Origin: K189A clade bacterium
Lineage (GTDB): Bacteria > Pseudomonadota > Gammaproteobacteria > Pseudomonadales > Azotimanducaceae
Assembly (NCBI GenBank): GCA_009886205.1
Contig: QXZU01000186.1
Coordinates: 24,043 to 88,042, forward strand
Direction: 5' to 3'
Length of the DNA: 64,000 nt
Under the pieces are notes generated by a model that was not told the DNA's origin, made no database searches, and saw only the letters and a list, made by a program, of their open reading frames with translations. Positions 1-11,963 of this stretch are shown in pieces (within the stretch, counting starts at the first letter, position 1; each line of letters opens with the position of its first letter). The position numbers were made by a program, and so were the translations under genes.

Positions 1-642
1 ATTGATACCGTTTTTTTAGATATGGACGGCACGTTATTAGACCTTAACTATGACAATCAGGTATGGAGTCATATCGTGCCCGCGGCTTGGGCTGAGGCAC
101 AACAGATTTCATTTACTCAAGCGCAGCAGCTGCTCGGTCAGCACATGTCTAGTTTGCTCGGCACCATGCCCTTTTACAGCTTTAACTATTGGAGCGAATT
201 TACCGGCTTAGACATTATGCAATTGCACCAATCTGCCACTTCGCATATCGACTACCTTCCCGGCGCTGAGGATTTTCTCACCTGGCTACAGAACAGTGGT
301 AAGCAAACCTATATCGCAACTAATGCGGACCGTAAGGGCTTTGATTTAAAACACCAGACCACCGGCCTTGGCGATTATGTGCAGGGAATAGTTTCTAGCC
401 ACGACTTTGCTGCACCTAAAGAGCAGCAAGCATTTTGGCTGGCCCTGCAGCAGCAACACCCATTCGACCCAGCGCGCACTTTGTTTCTGGATGACACTGC
501 CCGGGTTTTAGATGCCGCGGCTAAATTTGGAATTCGCGAAAACTGGGCCATTCTCAATCCGGACTCCCGCAAACCTCCTCGCGAAAAAACACTACACCCT
601 GCGGTCAGCAATTGTGCCGATCTTATTATGGGGTTGTCGTGA
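1..642 (+). CDS. yrfG: HAD-family GMP/IMP nucleotidase (YrfG-like), 5'-partial
   Basis: Frame is open from base 1 (IDTVFLDMDGTLLDL, HAD motif I). Has FLDD motif IV and lies upstream of hslR-hslO as in the conserved yrfG-hslR-hslO operon. Confidence 0.85.
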   Translation: MDTVFLDMDGTLLDLNYDNQVWSHIVPAAWAEAQQISFTQAQQLLGQHMSSLLGTMPFYSFNYWSEFTGLDIMQLHQSATSHIDYLPGAEDFLTWLQNSGKQTYIATNADRKGFDLKHQTTGLGDYVQGIVSSHDFAAPKEQQAFWLALQQQHPFDPARTLFLDDTARVLDAAAKFGIRENWAILNPDSRKPPREKTLHPAVSNCADLIMGLS

Positions 643-1043
643 GCGGTGTACGCGTAGACCGCTGGCTTTGGGCCGCGAGATTTTTTAAGACTCGCTCCTT
701 GGCTAAAACCGCCGTTGAGGGCGGTAAAGTCCACGTCGATGACCAGCGCACAAAACCCGCGAAAGAACTACGTATCGGTCAGGTGCTGACCATTCGCAAA
801 GGCATTTTGCTGCAAACGGTCATTGTGGATGCATTGTCTGAGCAGCGTGGCCCAGCAACTGTAGCCCAGACCCTATATACGGAAACTCCAGAGAGCATAG
901 AGTTACGAGAGATTTCTGTTAGCAGACGCCGCATGGAGCGCGCTGGATTAACAGTGCCCAGTGGCCGTCCCAACAAAAAGGACAGGCGCGCGTTAACCCA
1001 GCTCAAATCATTGGATCAAGATTGGCATAACGAAGATGAATAG
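639..1043 (+). CDS. hslR: Ribosome-associated heat shock protein Hsp15 (S4 domain)
   Basis: VRVDRWLWAARFFKTRSLAK and GRPNKKDRR motifs. GTG start at 639 overlaps the yrfG TGA (GTGA). Confidence 0.95.
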   Translation: MSGVRVDRWLWAARFFKTRSLAKTAVEGGKVHVDDQRTKPAKELRIGQVLTIRKGILLQTVIVDALSEQRGPATVAQTLYTETPESIELREISVSRRRMERAGLTVPSGRPNKKDRRALTQLKSLDQDWHNEDE

Positions 1044-1170
1044 ATCCTCATTTTAATACTCGCTTTTATGAACGAGAGGTTTATTGACAAAATGCCTAGC
1101 CCCCAATGCTTGGCTGTTGAATAATGAAGCTTGGCGAGACAATTCCCACTTTAAAGCAGCACTACCCCGT

Positions 1171-2121
1171 ATGGACGTATTACACCGATTTAGTTTTATT
1201 GACCTACCCATAAGAGGCCAGTGGGTGCGTTTGGAAAACTCCCTCGCAGAGGCCACCCAATTTAGAGTTTATCCAAAGCCCATCCATGAAATGCTGGGCC
1301 AAATGCTGGCAGCGGTGGCAATGGTTGCTGACAACATTAAATTCTCTGGCGCGGTGACTCTGCAATCTCGCGGTGACGGCGACTTACTGAGGTCGCTGGC
1401 GGAATGCAAAGACCAGTCTTTCTTGCGTGGCATTATGCATCTGCAAAATCCAGACAACCACGCAATCGACGAACAACCCTTAGCGCAATGGTTGGGCAAT
1501 GGCCAACTGGCGTTATCTTTAATTCCAGATAAAGAGAGCGGTATGCAGCCCTACCAAGGTTTTGTCTCGCTGGAATACGACACTCTGGCTCAATGCTTAG
1601 AGCACTACTTCGTCACCTCGGAACAGCTCGAAACCTGTCTTAATTTTGCCAGTGATTCATCTGCAAAAGCACCTAGCGTGACCGGACTGCTGCTGCAGCG
1701 ACTACCCAATAATCCCCAGGCCACAGAAATTGAAATAGATGCTGCGCGTGACGCTTGGCATACGCTGACTACGCTGGCTGCCACAGTCACCGACGAGGAG
1801 CTCAGCCAACTAGACGCGCAAACCCTGCTCTACCGACTTTTCCACGAACACCCTTGCCGTCTGCACGAACCTCGAGCGTTGTCCTATCGGTGCTCATGTA
1901 GCCGAGAAAAGACCGACACCACGTTAATGATGCTGGGTAGCGAGGACCTCAGCGCACTGATTGAAGAGCAAAGCGAAATTACCGTGGATTGCGAATTTTG
2001 CGGTAATCGTTATACCTATGACCGAGACAGCGCTACCAAGGTGCTCACCGACCTCGAAGAGCAAACTACCGCTGCAAACCCAGCCGGTGCTTCATCAGAC
2101 GACCCAAAAACTCTGCACTGA
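1171..2121 (+). CDS. hslO: Hsp33 redox-regulated chaperone
   Basis: MDVLHRFSF...PIRGQWVRL N-terminus and CSC...CEFC zinc motif. Start placed at ATG 1171 rather than the track's 1084. Confidence 0.95.
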   Translation: MDVLHRFSFIDLPIRGQWVRLENSLAEATQFRVYPKPIHEMLGQMLAAVAMVADNIKFSGAVTLQSRGDGDLLRSLAECKDQSFLRGIMHLQNPDNHAIDEQPLAQWLGNGQLALSLIPDKESGMQPYQGFVSLEYDTLAQCLEHYFVTSEQLETCLNFASDSSAKAPSVTGLLLQRLPNNPQATEIEIDAARDAWHTLTTLAATVTDEELSQLDAQTLLYRLFHEHPCRLHEPRALSYRCSCSREKTDTTLMMLGSEDLSALIEEQSEITVDCEFCGNRYTYDRDSATKVLTDLEEQTTAANPAGASSDDPKTLH

Positions 2122-2287
2122 AACATTCACCTAGCCCTTACTCCTTCATGACTTAGTATTACTAAGCAGTACTTGGTCTGGCGACATCAAACAGAAGAAA
2201 AGGCATCAAATACCTACAAAAGCCAATAATCGGCTGTTCCCCACCCCATATCCTCTGGCATAATTTGCAACCTTTTTCGCCAAGTAC

Positions 2288-3853
2288 ATGAATATTATGT
2301 CCCAAGAACACGGATCCAGCGGTCAAACTAATAACCACAATAATCTGACTACAGCCGACCTCGCAGAACGCGCAGTCATTCGAGGTGAGGGAAGATTCGC
2401 AAGCAACGGCGCAATAGTTGTCGAAACCGGCGCTCGCACAGGTCGCTCACCAAAAGACCGTTTTATTGTCGAGGAGCCTTCAACTTCAGAATCTATCGAC
2501 TGGGGCAATGTCAACTTGCCTATCGCAACTGAGGTATTTGACCAGCTTTGGGATCGTGTTCAAGTACATCTTGGAGAAACCGAAACCTTTACCACTAGTT
2601 TGCATGTTGGTGCAGACCCAGAGCATTACTTACCCATTGAAGTAACAACCCAATACGCTTGGCACAGCTTGTTTGGCCGGGCCATGTTCATTGACCCAGA
2701 ACACTACAACCCGCACAACAAAGAAATTTGGCAGGTGGTTAACGCGCCATTATTTGAGTGCCAGCCTGAGCGCGACGGCACTCATAGCGATGGCACTGTG
2801 ATGATTAACTTTGCCCAGCGCAAAGTGCTAATTGCAGGCATGCGATACGCCGGAGAGATGAAAAAATCTATGTTCTCCGTACAGAATTTTTTGCTGCCTG
2901 AAAAAGATGTGCTACCGATGCACTGCTCAGCAAATATGGGTGAAGCCAAGGACGTTACTTTATTCTTTGGCTTGTCTGGAACGGGTAAAACCACCCTGTC
3001 AGCAGATCCATCTCGCTTATTGATTGGCGACGATGAACACGGCTGGGGCAAAGGTACCGTGTTCAATCTTGAAGGCGGCTGCTATGCCAAGTGCATCGAC
3101 CTAACACGGAAAAACGAGCCTGTGATCTTTGACGCAATTCGCTTTGGCGCAATTGTAGAAAATGTTGTCATTGACGAAAATCGCGACCCAGATTACACCG
3201 ACAGCTCGCTTACAGAAAATACTCGCGCCTGCTACCCGCGTAGCAATATCGAAGAGAAGGTGCCGGAAAACAGAGCCGGCGAGCCCAGCAACATTATCTT
3301 TTTGACCTGTGACGTGAGTGGTGTAATCCCACCCGTGTCACTGCTCAGTAAAGAGGCTGCGGCCTATCACTTTCTATCAGGCTATACAGCCCAGGTAGGT
3401 TCTACCGAAATTGGTTCTACAGAAGCCTACAAAGCAACCTTCTCTACTTGCTTTGGTGCACCATTTTTTCCGCGACCAGCCGGCGTTTACGCGGATCTTT
3501 TGATCAAGCGTATTGAAGAGTTTGGTTCGCGGGTTTATCTGGTGAATACCGGTTGGACCGGCGGTGGCTACGGCGTTGGTGAGCGTTTTAGCATTCCAAT
3601 CACCAGAGCGGTCATTGCAGCTATTCAAAGTGGTGAACTGGAAAATGCTGAAACCCAAACATTGGCGGGCTTCAATTTAGATATACCACTGAAAGTCGCG
3701 GGTATTGACGATAAGCTTCTGAACCCACGCGACGCTTGGGCAGACAAAGCAGCCTACGACGCGGCTGCTAGCTCGCTTGTTGAAAAATTTGTAGAGAACT
3801 TCAAGAAGTTCGAGGTCGACCCAGCAATTGTAGCAGCAGGTCCGACTAACTAA
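2288..3853 (+). CDS. pckA: Phosphoenolpyruvate carboxykinase (ATP)
   Basis: [31 protein letters not shown] and EGGCYAK motifs. Confidence 0.97.
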   Translation: MNIMSQEHGSSGQTNNHNNLTTADLAERAVIRGEGRFASNGAIVVETGARTGRSPKDRFIVEEPSTSESIDWGNVNLPIATEVFDQLWDRVQVHLGETETFTTSLHVGADPEHYLPIEVTTQYAWHSLFGRAMFIDPEHYNPHNKEIWQVVNAPLFECQPERDGTHSDGTVMINFAQRKVLIAGMRYAGEMKKSMFSVQNFLLPEKDVLPMHCSANMGEAKDVTLFFGLSGTGKTTLSADPSRLLIGDDEHGWGKGTVFNLEGGCYAKCIDLTRKNEPVIFDAIRFGAIVENVVIDENRDPDYTDSSLTENTRACYPRSNIEEKVPENRAGEPSNIIFLTCDVSGVIPPVSLLSKEAAAYHFLSGYTAQVGSTEIGSTEAYKATFSTCFGAPFFPRPAGVYADLLIKRIEEFGSRVYLVNTGWTGGGYGVGERFSIPITRAVIAAIQSGELENAETQTLAGFNLDIPLKVAGIDDKLLNPRDAWADKAAYDAAASSLVEKFVENFKKFEVDPAIVAAGPTN

Positions 3854-3862
3854 CGGCCCGAT

Positions 3863-3893
3863 CCGACTGAGGGCTAAAGCTGCGCTCAGTCGG
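3863..3893. other. 9-bp-stem hairpin after pckA, possible terminator or stabilising stem
   Basis: CCGACTGAG-N13-CTCAGTCGG; no U-tract follows. Confidence 0.4.
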
Positions 3894-3995
3894 CACAAGC
3901 TAGCTGCTTTGTTAGAGCTGGGTTTTAAGAATTTTAGATTCAGAAATTTTGGGCATTTTGCAAAGTCTTTCTGGATCGGAGGGGCGGCGTAAGAT

Positions 3996-5537
3996 ATGAG
4001 TCTAAATTCAGAAAAACTACAGCTGCTCAGCGGCGTCAAGTCAGGTTTAAGTCAGCTGACTCGAGGCATTGAAAAAGAGAGCCTGCGTATATCGTTAGAT
4101 GGCAGGCTAGCCCAAACCCCTCACCCCCAAGCGCTCGGCTCGGCGCTCACCCACAAAAATATCACTACGGATTTTTCTGAAGCGCAGCTTGAGTTGATCA
4201 CTGGCGTCCACGCCAGCCCAGAAGAATGTTTGGCGGAACTAGAGCGCGTACATACATATATCCACCAAAATATTGGCAACGAACACCTGTGGCCAAGCAG
4301 CATGCCCTGCATCTTCCCGAGCGATCAGGCCACTATTCCCCTCGGACAATATGGCAGTTCTAACATCGGTCAGGCGAAAACAGTTTATCGACGCGGCCTT
4401 GGGCACAGGTACGGTCGCTTAATGCAGACTATTTCTGGCATTCACTACAATTTCTCGCTGCCCGATGAGTTATGGAGTGCATTGGGCGTGCACGACCAAG
4501 AGCAACGCACCCAAGCCTATTTTGGTTTGATCAGAAATTTTCGCCGCTGGTCTTGGCTGCTGATTTATTTGTTCGGCGCTTCGCCCGCAGTGTGTAGGTC
4601 GTTTATTCAGAATCTTGATCACCGCCTAGACCCTTTCAATGAAGGCACATATTACCTGCCCTACGCGACTAGCTTGCGTATGGGTCGGCTGGGGTATCAA
4701 AGCGACGCTCAAAGCGAGATGCATGTCTCGTATAATTCGTTGGACGCCTACTCAAAATCCATGCGCGAGGGCCTGACCAAAAGTCACCCGGAGTACGCGC
4801 AATTTCAGCCCACTGCTGAGGGTGAACACCAGCAGCTGAACGACTCTATTCTGCAAATTGAGAATGAGTTTTACGGCACCATTAGACCCAAACGTACTGC
4901 CCGGTCGGGTGAGCGTCCATTACTGGCCCTAAACAATTGGGGTGTTGAGTACGTAGAGGTGCGCTGTATTGACCTAAACCCCTTTGAACCAATGGGCATC
5001 AACTTAGAGCAAATACGCTTTATTGATACCTTCTTACTGTTGTGTTTATTGGCAGACAGCCCAGAGGACAGCCGGGAAGAAACTGCGCGCATGGACCGCA
5101 ATCAGGCCACAGTTGTTGAAAAAGGCCGAGAGCCCGAGTTGACCTTAGAGCGTGACGGCAAAATGGTCACGCTAACTGACTGGGCCAATGAGTTGTTAAC
5201 TCAATGTGGGCCCATCAGCCAGTTGCTTGATAATGCACATCGTGGCGAAAACTATCGCCAAAGTTTGAGCAAGCAAGTGCGTAAAATTGCTTCTGCACAA
5301 CAAACGCCGTCGGCAAAAATTCTTGCGGCATTGAGTATGAAAGGTTCTTTTTCCAAGTTTTCATTGGAGCACGCAGAAAAGCATCACACGCATTTTCTCA
5401 AAACTGCTTTGCCTGCCGAGGAAGCACAGGCTCTGAAGCTGGAAGCCGAGGATTCAATCAAGCGCCAAGCAGCCATTGAAGCCGGCGAAAGCCTGTCATT
5501 TAACGAGTTTCTCAAAGATTACATAAAGCTGGCATAA
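3996..5537 (+). CDS. gshA: Glutamate--cysteine ligase
   Basis: RGIEKESLR, ITTDFSEAQLELIT, QTISGIHYNFS, ATSLRMGRLGY, QIENEFYGTIRPK and EYVEVRCIDLNPF motifs. Confidence 0.96.
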   Translation: MSLNSEKLQLLSGVKSGLSQLTRGIEKESLRISLDGRLAQTPHPQALGSALTHKNITTDFSEAQLELITGVHASPEECLAELERVHTYIHQNIGNEHLWPSSMPCIFPSDQATIPLGQYGSSNIGQAKTVYRRGLGHRYGRLMQTISGIHYNFSLPDELWSALGVHDQEQRTQAYFGLIRNFRRWSWLLIYLFGASPAVCRSFIQNLDHRLDPFNEGTYYLPYATSLRMGRLGYQSDAQSEMHVSYNSLDAYSKSMREGLTKSHPEYAQFQPTAEGEHQQLNDSILQIENEFYGTIRPKRTARSGERPLLALNNWGVEYVEVRCIDLNPFEPMGINLEQIRFIDTFLLLCLLADSPEDSREETARMDRNQATVVEKGREPELTLERDGKMVTLTDWANELLTQCGPISQLLDNAHRGENYRQSLSKQVRKIASAQQTPSAKILAALSMKGSFSKFSLEHAEKHHTHFLKTALPAEEAQALKLEAEDSIKRQAAIEAGESLSFNEFLKDYIKLA

Positions 5538-5596
5538 GCTTAGGCTTATCATTGTGCAAGCCATCGCTCAGCAACAGCTCATCAAGCCACTCTAGT

Positions 5597-6217
5597 ATGA
5601 ATTTTTTAGCTCACTGCGTTTTAGCGGACCATGCCGCCAGCCACTGGCAAACAGACCCGCAAACTCACCAAGGATTACTGGCCGGCGCTGTTATCGCTGA
5701 CTTCACCAAAGGCCCAGTGAACCCAACATGGCCCCAATCATTACAAGCCGGTGTGCGCCTGCACCGCAGAATTGACGCGTTTTCAAATAATCAGCAAGCC
5801 ATCAAAACCACCTGCGATAGGTTTCCCGCAAACTATAGGCGCTACGCCCCCATCTTCGTTGACCTACTCGCCGACTATTTTCTTTCTCTTAGTTGGGACA
5901 GTTGGCACAGCGAACCGAGGGCTGTTTTTTCCGCACGGTGCTACGCGGCACTGACCACCTTTGAGGGTTTTCTCCCTGCTCATGGCAAAAGATTTTTGCA
6001 CTACGCCCAGCAACAGGATCTTTTTGCAAATTACGACCAATGGGAAAATATTGAACTTGGCCTAGGTTCAGTTTTACGACGCCTCAACAAGGAAGACTGG
6101 TTTGAGGAGGTCAATGAGTGCGCTAAATCCTTACAAACATCGGCTCAACCAGACTTTCACCTGTATTTCGCGGAACTTGAGCAACAGCTGCCTGACTGGC
6201 GCGAGCTTTTGCAATAG
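5597..6217 (+). CDS. acpH: ACP phosphodiesterase (AcpH/DUF479)
   Basis: MNFLAH start, ADFTKG, GVRLHRRIDAF and IFVDLLADYFL motifs. Start set to ATG 5597. Confidence 0.85.
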   Translation: MNFLAHCVLADHAASHWQTDPQTHQGLLAGAVIADFTKGPVNPTWPQSLQAGVRLHRRIDAFSNNQQAIKTTCDRFPANYRRYAPIFVDLLADYFLSLSWDSWHSEPRAVFSARCYAALTTFEGFLPAHGKRFLHYAQQQDLFANYDQWENIELGLGSVLRRLNKEDWFEEVNECAKSLQTSAQPDFHLYFAELEQQLPDWRELLQ

Positions 6218-6390
6218 ATGGCCCGCCCACTGACGTATAAACCTTCGATTTGCGCGGTTTTGCGCTGACTGAAGGCAATCTGACGCAAACTTCGGTCCAC
6301 ATTTAGCCCCTCTTAGACTACCCTACGCACCCAGAAAATTATTTTTTGAGCGGCAGCCTTAATTGCCCCTCCTGAAACCAAGGAATTAAA

Positions 6391-7365
6391 TTGAAAGCGG
6401 TATTGTGTAAATCCTACGGCCCAGCCGAAAACCTCACATTTGAGGAAGTTAACGAACCCGAATTGAAGCCAGGCCAGGTAATAGTTGACGTTAAAGCCAG
6501 TGCACTCAACTTTCCTGACGTACTTATGATTGAAGGAAAGTACCAATCCCAACCAGAATTTCCATTTTCCCCCGGCGGCGAAATCGCCGGCATTATCAGC
6601 GCCGTGGCGTCTGATGTAGATGGATGGAAAGTTGGCGACGCTGTATTTGGCGGGTCAGGCCATGGCGGTTTTGCAGAAAAACTGGCCATCTCTGCAAAAG
6701 GCCTAAAGCCAAAACCAGAATCCATGAGCTTCGCACAAGCCTCAGGTATCAGCACCACCTATGGCACCTCTTATTACGCACTGAAGCAAAGGGCCAATTT
6801 ACAGCCCGGTGAAACGCTCTTAGTACTTGGCGCCGCTGGCGGCGTAGGCCTAGCTGCGGTTGAACTTGGCAAAGCCATGGGTGCCCGAGTAATTGCAGCG
6901 GCATCCACAGATGAAAAGTTGGCAGTGGCAAAAACCGCTGGCGCTGATGAGTTGATTAACTACAGTGACGGCGATTTAAAAGATAAGGTCAAAGCATTGA
7001 CCGGCGGCAAGGGCGCCGACGTCATTTACGATCCAGTGGGCGGACCGCTATTTGATCAGTGCATGCGCTCTATCAATTGGTACGGCCGAGTTTTAGTCGT
7101 TGGTTTCGTTGGCGGTGATATCCCTCGGGTACCTACCAACCTCGTTTTGTTAAAGAGTTGCCAAGTAGTCGGCGTCTTTTACGGCGCATTTTCAGCTCGC
7201 TTCCCAGAAGACAACGCTCAAAACTTCGCTGAAATTATGTCTATGTTTGAGGCTGGCAAAATCAGCCCACTTATCGGTGCAGAGTATCCTCTAGAAGAAT
7301 ACGCCCAAGCACTTAATTGTCTGGCCGAAAGAAGGGCCGTTGGAAAAGTAGTGGTTAATATCTGA
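6391..7365 (+). CDS. NADPH:quinone oxidoreductase (MDR/zeta-crystallin family)
   Basis: MKAVLCKSYGP, LNFPDVLMIEGKYQ and LVLGAAGGVGLAAV motifs; TTG start with AGGA upstream. Confidence 0.9.
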   Translation: MKAVLCKSYGPAENLTFEEVNEPELKPGQVIVDVKASALNFPDVLMIEGKYQSQPEFPFSPGGEIAGIISAVASDVDGWKVGDAVFGGSGHGGFAEKLAISAKGLKPKPESMSFAQASGISTTYGTSYYALKQRANLQPGETLLVLGAAGGVGLAAVELGKAMGARVIAAASTDEKLAVAKTAGADELINYSDGDLKDKVKALTGGKGADVIYDPVGGPLFDQCMRSINWYGRVLVVGFVGGDIPRVPTNLVLLKSCQVVGVFYGAFSARFPEDNAQNFAEIMSMFEAGKISPLIGAEYPLEEYAQALNCLAERRAVGKVVVNI

Positions 7366-7853
7366 TGTTGGAATCTTGGAAATCTGAACAGTGGGCTTTA
7401 GCAATTTGCATCCTTAGTGGCGGTCTACTGTGCATTGGCTTAGTCATGGAACATGCCATGGGCCTCAGCCCTTGCCCGTTATGCATGATGCAAAGAATTT
7501 GGTTGGCGTTAGTCGGCTTAACCGCTTACGCAAGCCTAGCGCATAGCCCTCGTTGGGGTATTTATCCTTTGGTGGGCGGCGTTTTTGCAATTATCGGCAG
7601 TGGCTTTTCACTGCGCCAAATTTGGCTACAAAACTTGCCAAAGGACCAGGTGCCAAGTTGTGGTCCTGATCTGGCATATATGATTCAGTCGTTTCCACTG
7701 AGTGACTTACTTGCCGCCATGACATCAGGCACTGGCGACTGCGCCGAGGTCAGCTGGTCGCTACTTGGACTGAGCATTCCGGCTTGGTTGTTTGCTGGCT
7801 TTATGGTTCTACTCTTTGGCTGTGTCATGCAAATTCGCCAAGGTATTAAGTAG
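7365..7853 (+). CDS. dsbB: Disulfide bond formation protein B
   Basis: PCPLCMMQR, PSCGP and GTGDCA cysteine pairs with four hydrophobic segments. Confidence 0.92.
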   Translation: MLESWKSEQWALAICILSGGLLCIGLVMEHAMGLSPCPLCMMQRIWLALVGLTAYASLAHSPRWGIYPLVGGVFAIIGSGFSLRQIWLQNLPKDQVPSCGPDLAYMIQSFPLSDLLAAMTSGTGDCAEVSWSLLGLSIPAWLFAGFMVLLFGCVMQIRQGIK

Positions 7854-7944
7854 CGCTTTAAAGCGGCTCTTTAGCCGATGGCTTTAGATCATAAGAGACA
7901 GAAAAATAACCCGAACGTTAGAGTCGAGTACGCAAGGATTAAGT

Positions 7945-8694
7945 ATGAGCGCAACCACGAAAAAGATATTGGTGGTCAATAGCAAAGGCGGCAGTGGTAA
8001 AACAACCATTGCTACAAACCTTGCTGTGGCGTTTGCCAATCAAGGCCTAAAAGTTTCGCTACTGGACTGCGACAGACAGGCCAGCTGCCTACATTGGGCG
8101 GAAGAGAGAAATGCCCAAGCACCAAAAGTAACGACTGTTGCCAACTATCATTCCGCCGACAAACTTACTGCGCAAATCGACCACGAACTTGATCACGGCA
8201 CAGACGTTATTGTGATGGATGTTACTGGTCGGCATACCGATGCGGCATTGTTTGAAGCGGCTTTGAAAATCTGCGACCTAGTCCTAATACCTATGTTGTC
8301 ATCTTCATTGGATATAAAGGCGGGCGAGCGTTTTGTCGCCGACCTAATGACCCATAGAGTCATGCGCGCGACCCCGAAGCCAATGGGCGTGATTTATAAT
8401 CGAGCGAACACTAGTTCAGCCAATCAACAAAGGTTAGAAACTCTTCTGCGCTGCCTTGATGTGCCAGTGATTGCAGAATTAAGAGACTCGACCGTGTACG
8501 CAAACGCTGCGGAAAAGGGTGCCGGTATAATGGAAATGCGAGAGAATGCTGCAGCCAGTAAAGAGTACTCTGCATGGCGCGATATTATGCTTTGGATCGA
8601 CAGAAGAACCGCCGTTAGACGCGAGCTACCGCGCCCCATACAAGCTGGCAGAAAAACCACTGGCAGCAACCCCAAGCAAACTAGAGTTTCTTGA
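7945..8694 (+). CDS. Orphan ParA/MinD-family ATPase
   Basis: Deviant Walker A KGGSGKTT, LLDCDRQ, VMDV and DLVLIP motifs; no parB neighbour. Confidence 0.85.
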   Translation: MSATTKKILVVNSKGGSGKTTIATNLAVAFANQGLKVSLLDCDRQASCLHWAEERNAQAPKVTTVANYHSADKLTAQIDHELDHGTDVIVMDVTGRHTDAALFEAALKICDLVLIPMLSSSLDIKAGERFVADLMTHRVMRATPKPMGVIYNRANTSSANQQRLETLLRCLDVPVIAELRDSTVYANAAEKGAGIMEMRENAAASKEYSAWRDIMLWIDRRTAVRRELPRPIQAGRKTTGSNPKQTRVS

Positions 8695-8845
8695 TCGCGC
8701 CAATGCTATAGCCGTTTTGCTGGCTCTTTGAGTTTCAGCAAAAACCCAGATGTAACAATAGCGCGCTCAAAGATGTGTCTCGGCGATCTCGCCCCAAAAC
8801 TTTTTTATGCCCGAAACTCCAACTAGGAAAGAAGAAAATTAGCTA

Positions 8846-10711
8846 ATGCTGCGTGTACAAGATCTTAAATTCGAGCGCGGTGATGACGTGCTTTTTGATG
8901 GTGTAAACCTTGTCGTCTACCCCGGTCAAAGGGTGGCCGTGGTCGGTCGCAATGGTGTTGGCAAATCAACATTCTTTAACTTGGTGCTAAAAAAGCTAGA
9001 GGCCAGTGGCGGCGAAGTAGATTTTCCTGAAGATTGGGAAGTGGGTTATATGGCCCAGGAAGTGGAGATCAATGATCGTCCAGCCATAGAATTTGTGATC
9101 GACGGGCACAAAGAACTGCGAAAAACAGAAAAGGCCATTGCCGAAACTGAAGACCCCGTAAAGCTGGCTAACCTTTATACGCAATACGACGACCAAGGCG
9201 GTTATCAGTCTGAAGCTCGGGCGGGTGAAATTTTATACGGCCTGGGTTTTAACGACGAAGAAACCACAAAACCTTATCGTGCTTTTTCGGGCGGTTGGCG
9301 TATTCGCCTAAACCTAGCACAAGCGCTTATGGCCCCCAGCGATATGCTGCTGTTGGACGAACCGACTAACCACTTAGATCTTGAGGCCATATTGTGGCTT
9401 GAGAATTGGTTGAAGCGCTTCCAAGGCGCGCTCCTCATTATTGCTCACGACAGGGCTTTTCTTGATGCCACTGTCACCCAAGTACTTTACCTTGCTGGTG
9501 CTGAAGGCAAATTCTATAAAGGTAATTATTCGTCATTTGAGCGCCAACGCAGCGATGAGTTAGAACGCGAACAAGCAATGGCGGTTAAACACCAAGCTCA
9601 GGTTAGCCACATACAGCAGTTTGTTGACCGCTTTCGCGCAACCGCGAGTAAAGCGAAACAGGTACAGAGCCGGATAAAGGCATTGGAGCGAATGCAAACT
9701 CAAGCGGCCCTGCATGTTGATTCCGATTATCGAGTTAACTTCAGCAACCCGGATAAGGTCTCCAACCCACTGTTCAGCTTTCGCAAAATGGACCTTGGCT
9801 ACGGCGATTCAGTGATTCTTAAGCAGGTTGGCCAAACCGTATTACCCGGTGCAAGGATTGGCGTGCTGGGTGCCAACGGTGCCGGCAAATCAACACTGCT
9901 CAAAGCCATCGTTGGCGACCTAGAGCCACTCAAAGGGCAGCTCGAAAAAGGCACCCATTCGCATATTGGTTACTTTGCTCAACATCAACTGGAATCATTG
10001 GATGTATCTGCTACCGCCTATGAATCCATGATGGAGATCAGACCCGACTTTAGAGAGCAACAATGCCGGGACTACCTTGGTGGCTGGGGCTTCAACCTAC
10101 CAATGATACAACGACCCATTAAGAGCCTTTCTGGAGGCGAAAAAGCCCGCTTTGTTATGGCAATTTTGGCCTCAGAAAAACCCGCAGTGTTGGTGTTGGA
10201 CGAGCCTACAAACCACCTTGATTTAGATATGCGCGACGCCCTAGCGCTGGCGCTGCAAGCCTACACTGGCGCGGTCATTATTGTGGCTCACGACCGAAGT
10301 CTACTGGCGAAAATTGTGGATGAGCTTTGGTTGGTGGAAAATGGCACATTGACTACTTACCATGGCGACCTTGAAGACTACACTGCCGCTAGAATTGAAA
10401 ACGGCTCCGCCAGCGTTGGTAGCAAGGACACTGCCGGGTCGAAAAAAGCCCAACGCCAAGAGCGCGCGGCTGCAAGAGCTTCGCTTACCGAGCTACGTAA
10501 GAGTGTGCGTAACTTTGAGAAGGAAATGGAGCGCAGCAACACAAAGCTAAAAGCCATTGAGGATATTTTGGCCGACCAAAAGACCTACGATGAAATGCCA
10601 GCCGATGAATTGAATGATCTATTGGCAAAAGCAGCAAATTTGCGCAAGCAAGTGGATAAGTCTGAGGAAGGCTGGTTAGCTGCCAGCGCAGAATTAGAGA
10701 GTATTGGCTAA
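8846..10711 (+). CDS. ABC-F family ATP-binding protein (YheS-like)
   Basis: Two ABC cassettes (GRNGVGKST/SGGWRIRL/DEPTNHLD and GANGAGKST/SGGEKAR/DEPTNHLD), no TM segments, C-terminal coiled coil. Confidence 0.93.
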   Translation: MLRVQDLKFERGDDVLFDGVNLVVYPGQRVAVVGRNGVGKSTFFNLVLKKLEASGGEVDFPEDWEVGYMAQEVEINDRPAIEFVIDGHKELRKTEKAIAETEDPVKLANLYTQYDDQGGYQSEARAGEILYGLGFNDEETTKPYRAFSGGWRIRLNLAQALMAPSDMLLLDEPTNHLDLEAILWLENWLKRFQGALLIIAHDRAFLDATVTQVLYLAGAEGKFYKGNYSSFERQRSDELEREQAMAVKHQAQVSHIQQFVDRFRATASKAKQVQSRIKALERMQTQAALHVDSDYRVNFSNPDKVSNPLFSFRKMDLGYGDSVILKQVGQTVLPGARIGVLGANGAGKSTLLKAIVGDLEPLKGQLEKGTHSHIGYFAQHQLESLDVSATAYESMMEIRPDFREQQCRDYLGGWGFNLPMIQRPIKSLSGGEKARFVMAILASEKPAVLVLDEPTNHLDLDMRDALALALQAYTGAVIIVAHDRSLLAKIVDELWLVENGTLTTYHGDLEDYTAARIENGSASVGSKDTAGSKKAQRQERAAARASLTELRKSVRNFEKEMERSNTKLKAIEDILADQKTYDEMPADELNDLLAKAANLRKQVDKSEEGWLAASAELESIG

Positions 10712-10772
10712 CATTTGACGAACCCGCAGAACTGCTGCCTTACGCAACTGCGCTAACTAGCCAATGGGCTAG

Positions 10773-11786
<1,014 letters not shown>

Positions 11787-11925
11787 ACGCGGATTTGACA
11801 GCCCGGATTTGAGAAGCGTCAAATATAGGTTCAAGCTAACTCAGCTAAAGCACCGCACAGACAACAATTTATGCGACCATTTATCCGCCAGTAGCGGCTT
11901 TATGGGGACACGTATAGTTTATCGG

Positions 11926-11958
11926 TGCTACAATTTTCTTTTCCAAAATATTAGGAGG
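11926..11958 (+). promoter_or_regulatory. Extended -10 (TGcTACAAT) and Shine-Dalgarno (AGGAGG) of trxA
   Basis: TG-N-TACAAT at 11926-11934 and AGGAGG at 11953-11958, 5 nt before ATG 11964. Confidence 0.5.
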
Positions 11959-11963
11959 CTCAG

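Noticed and set aside
1082-1108. Possible sigma32 promoter (TTGACA...CCCCAAT) before hslO
   Set aside because: The spacer is about 12 nt, short for sigma32, and both boxes deviate from consensus; not supportable.
2266-2279. TGGCATAATTTGCA upstream of pckA as a sigma54 promoter
   Set aside because: GG-to-GC spacing is 8, not the strict 10.
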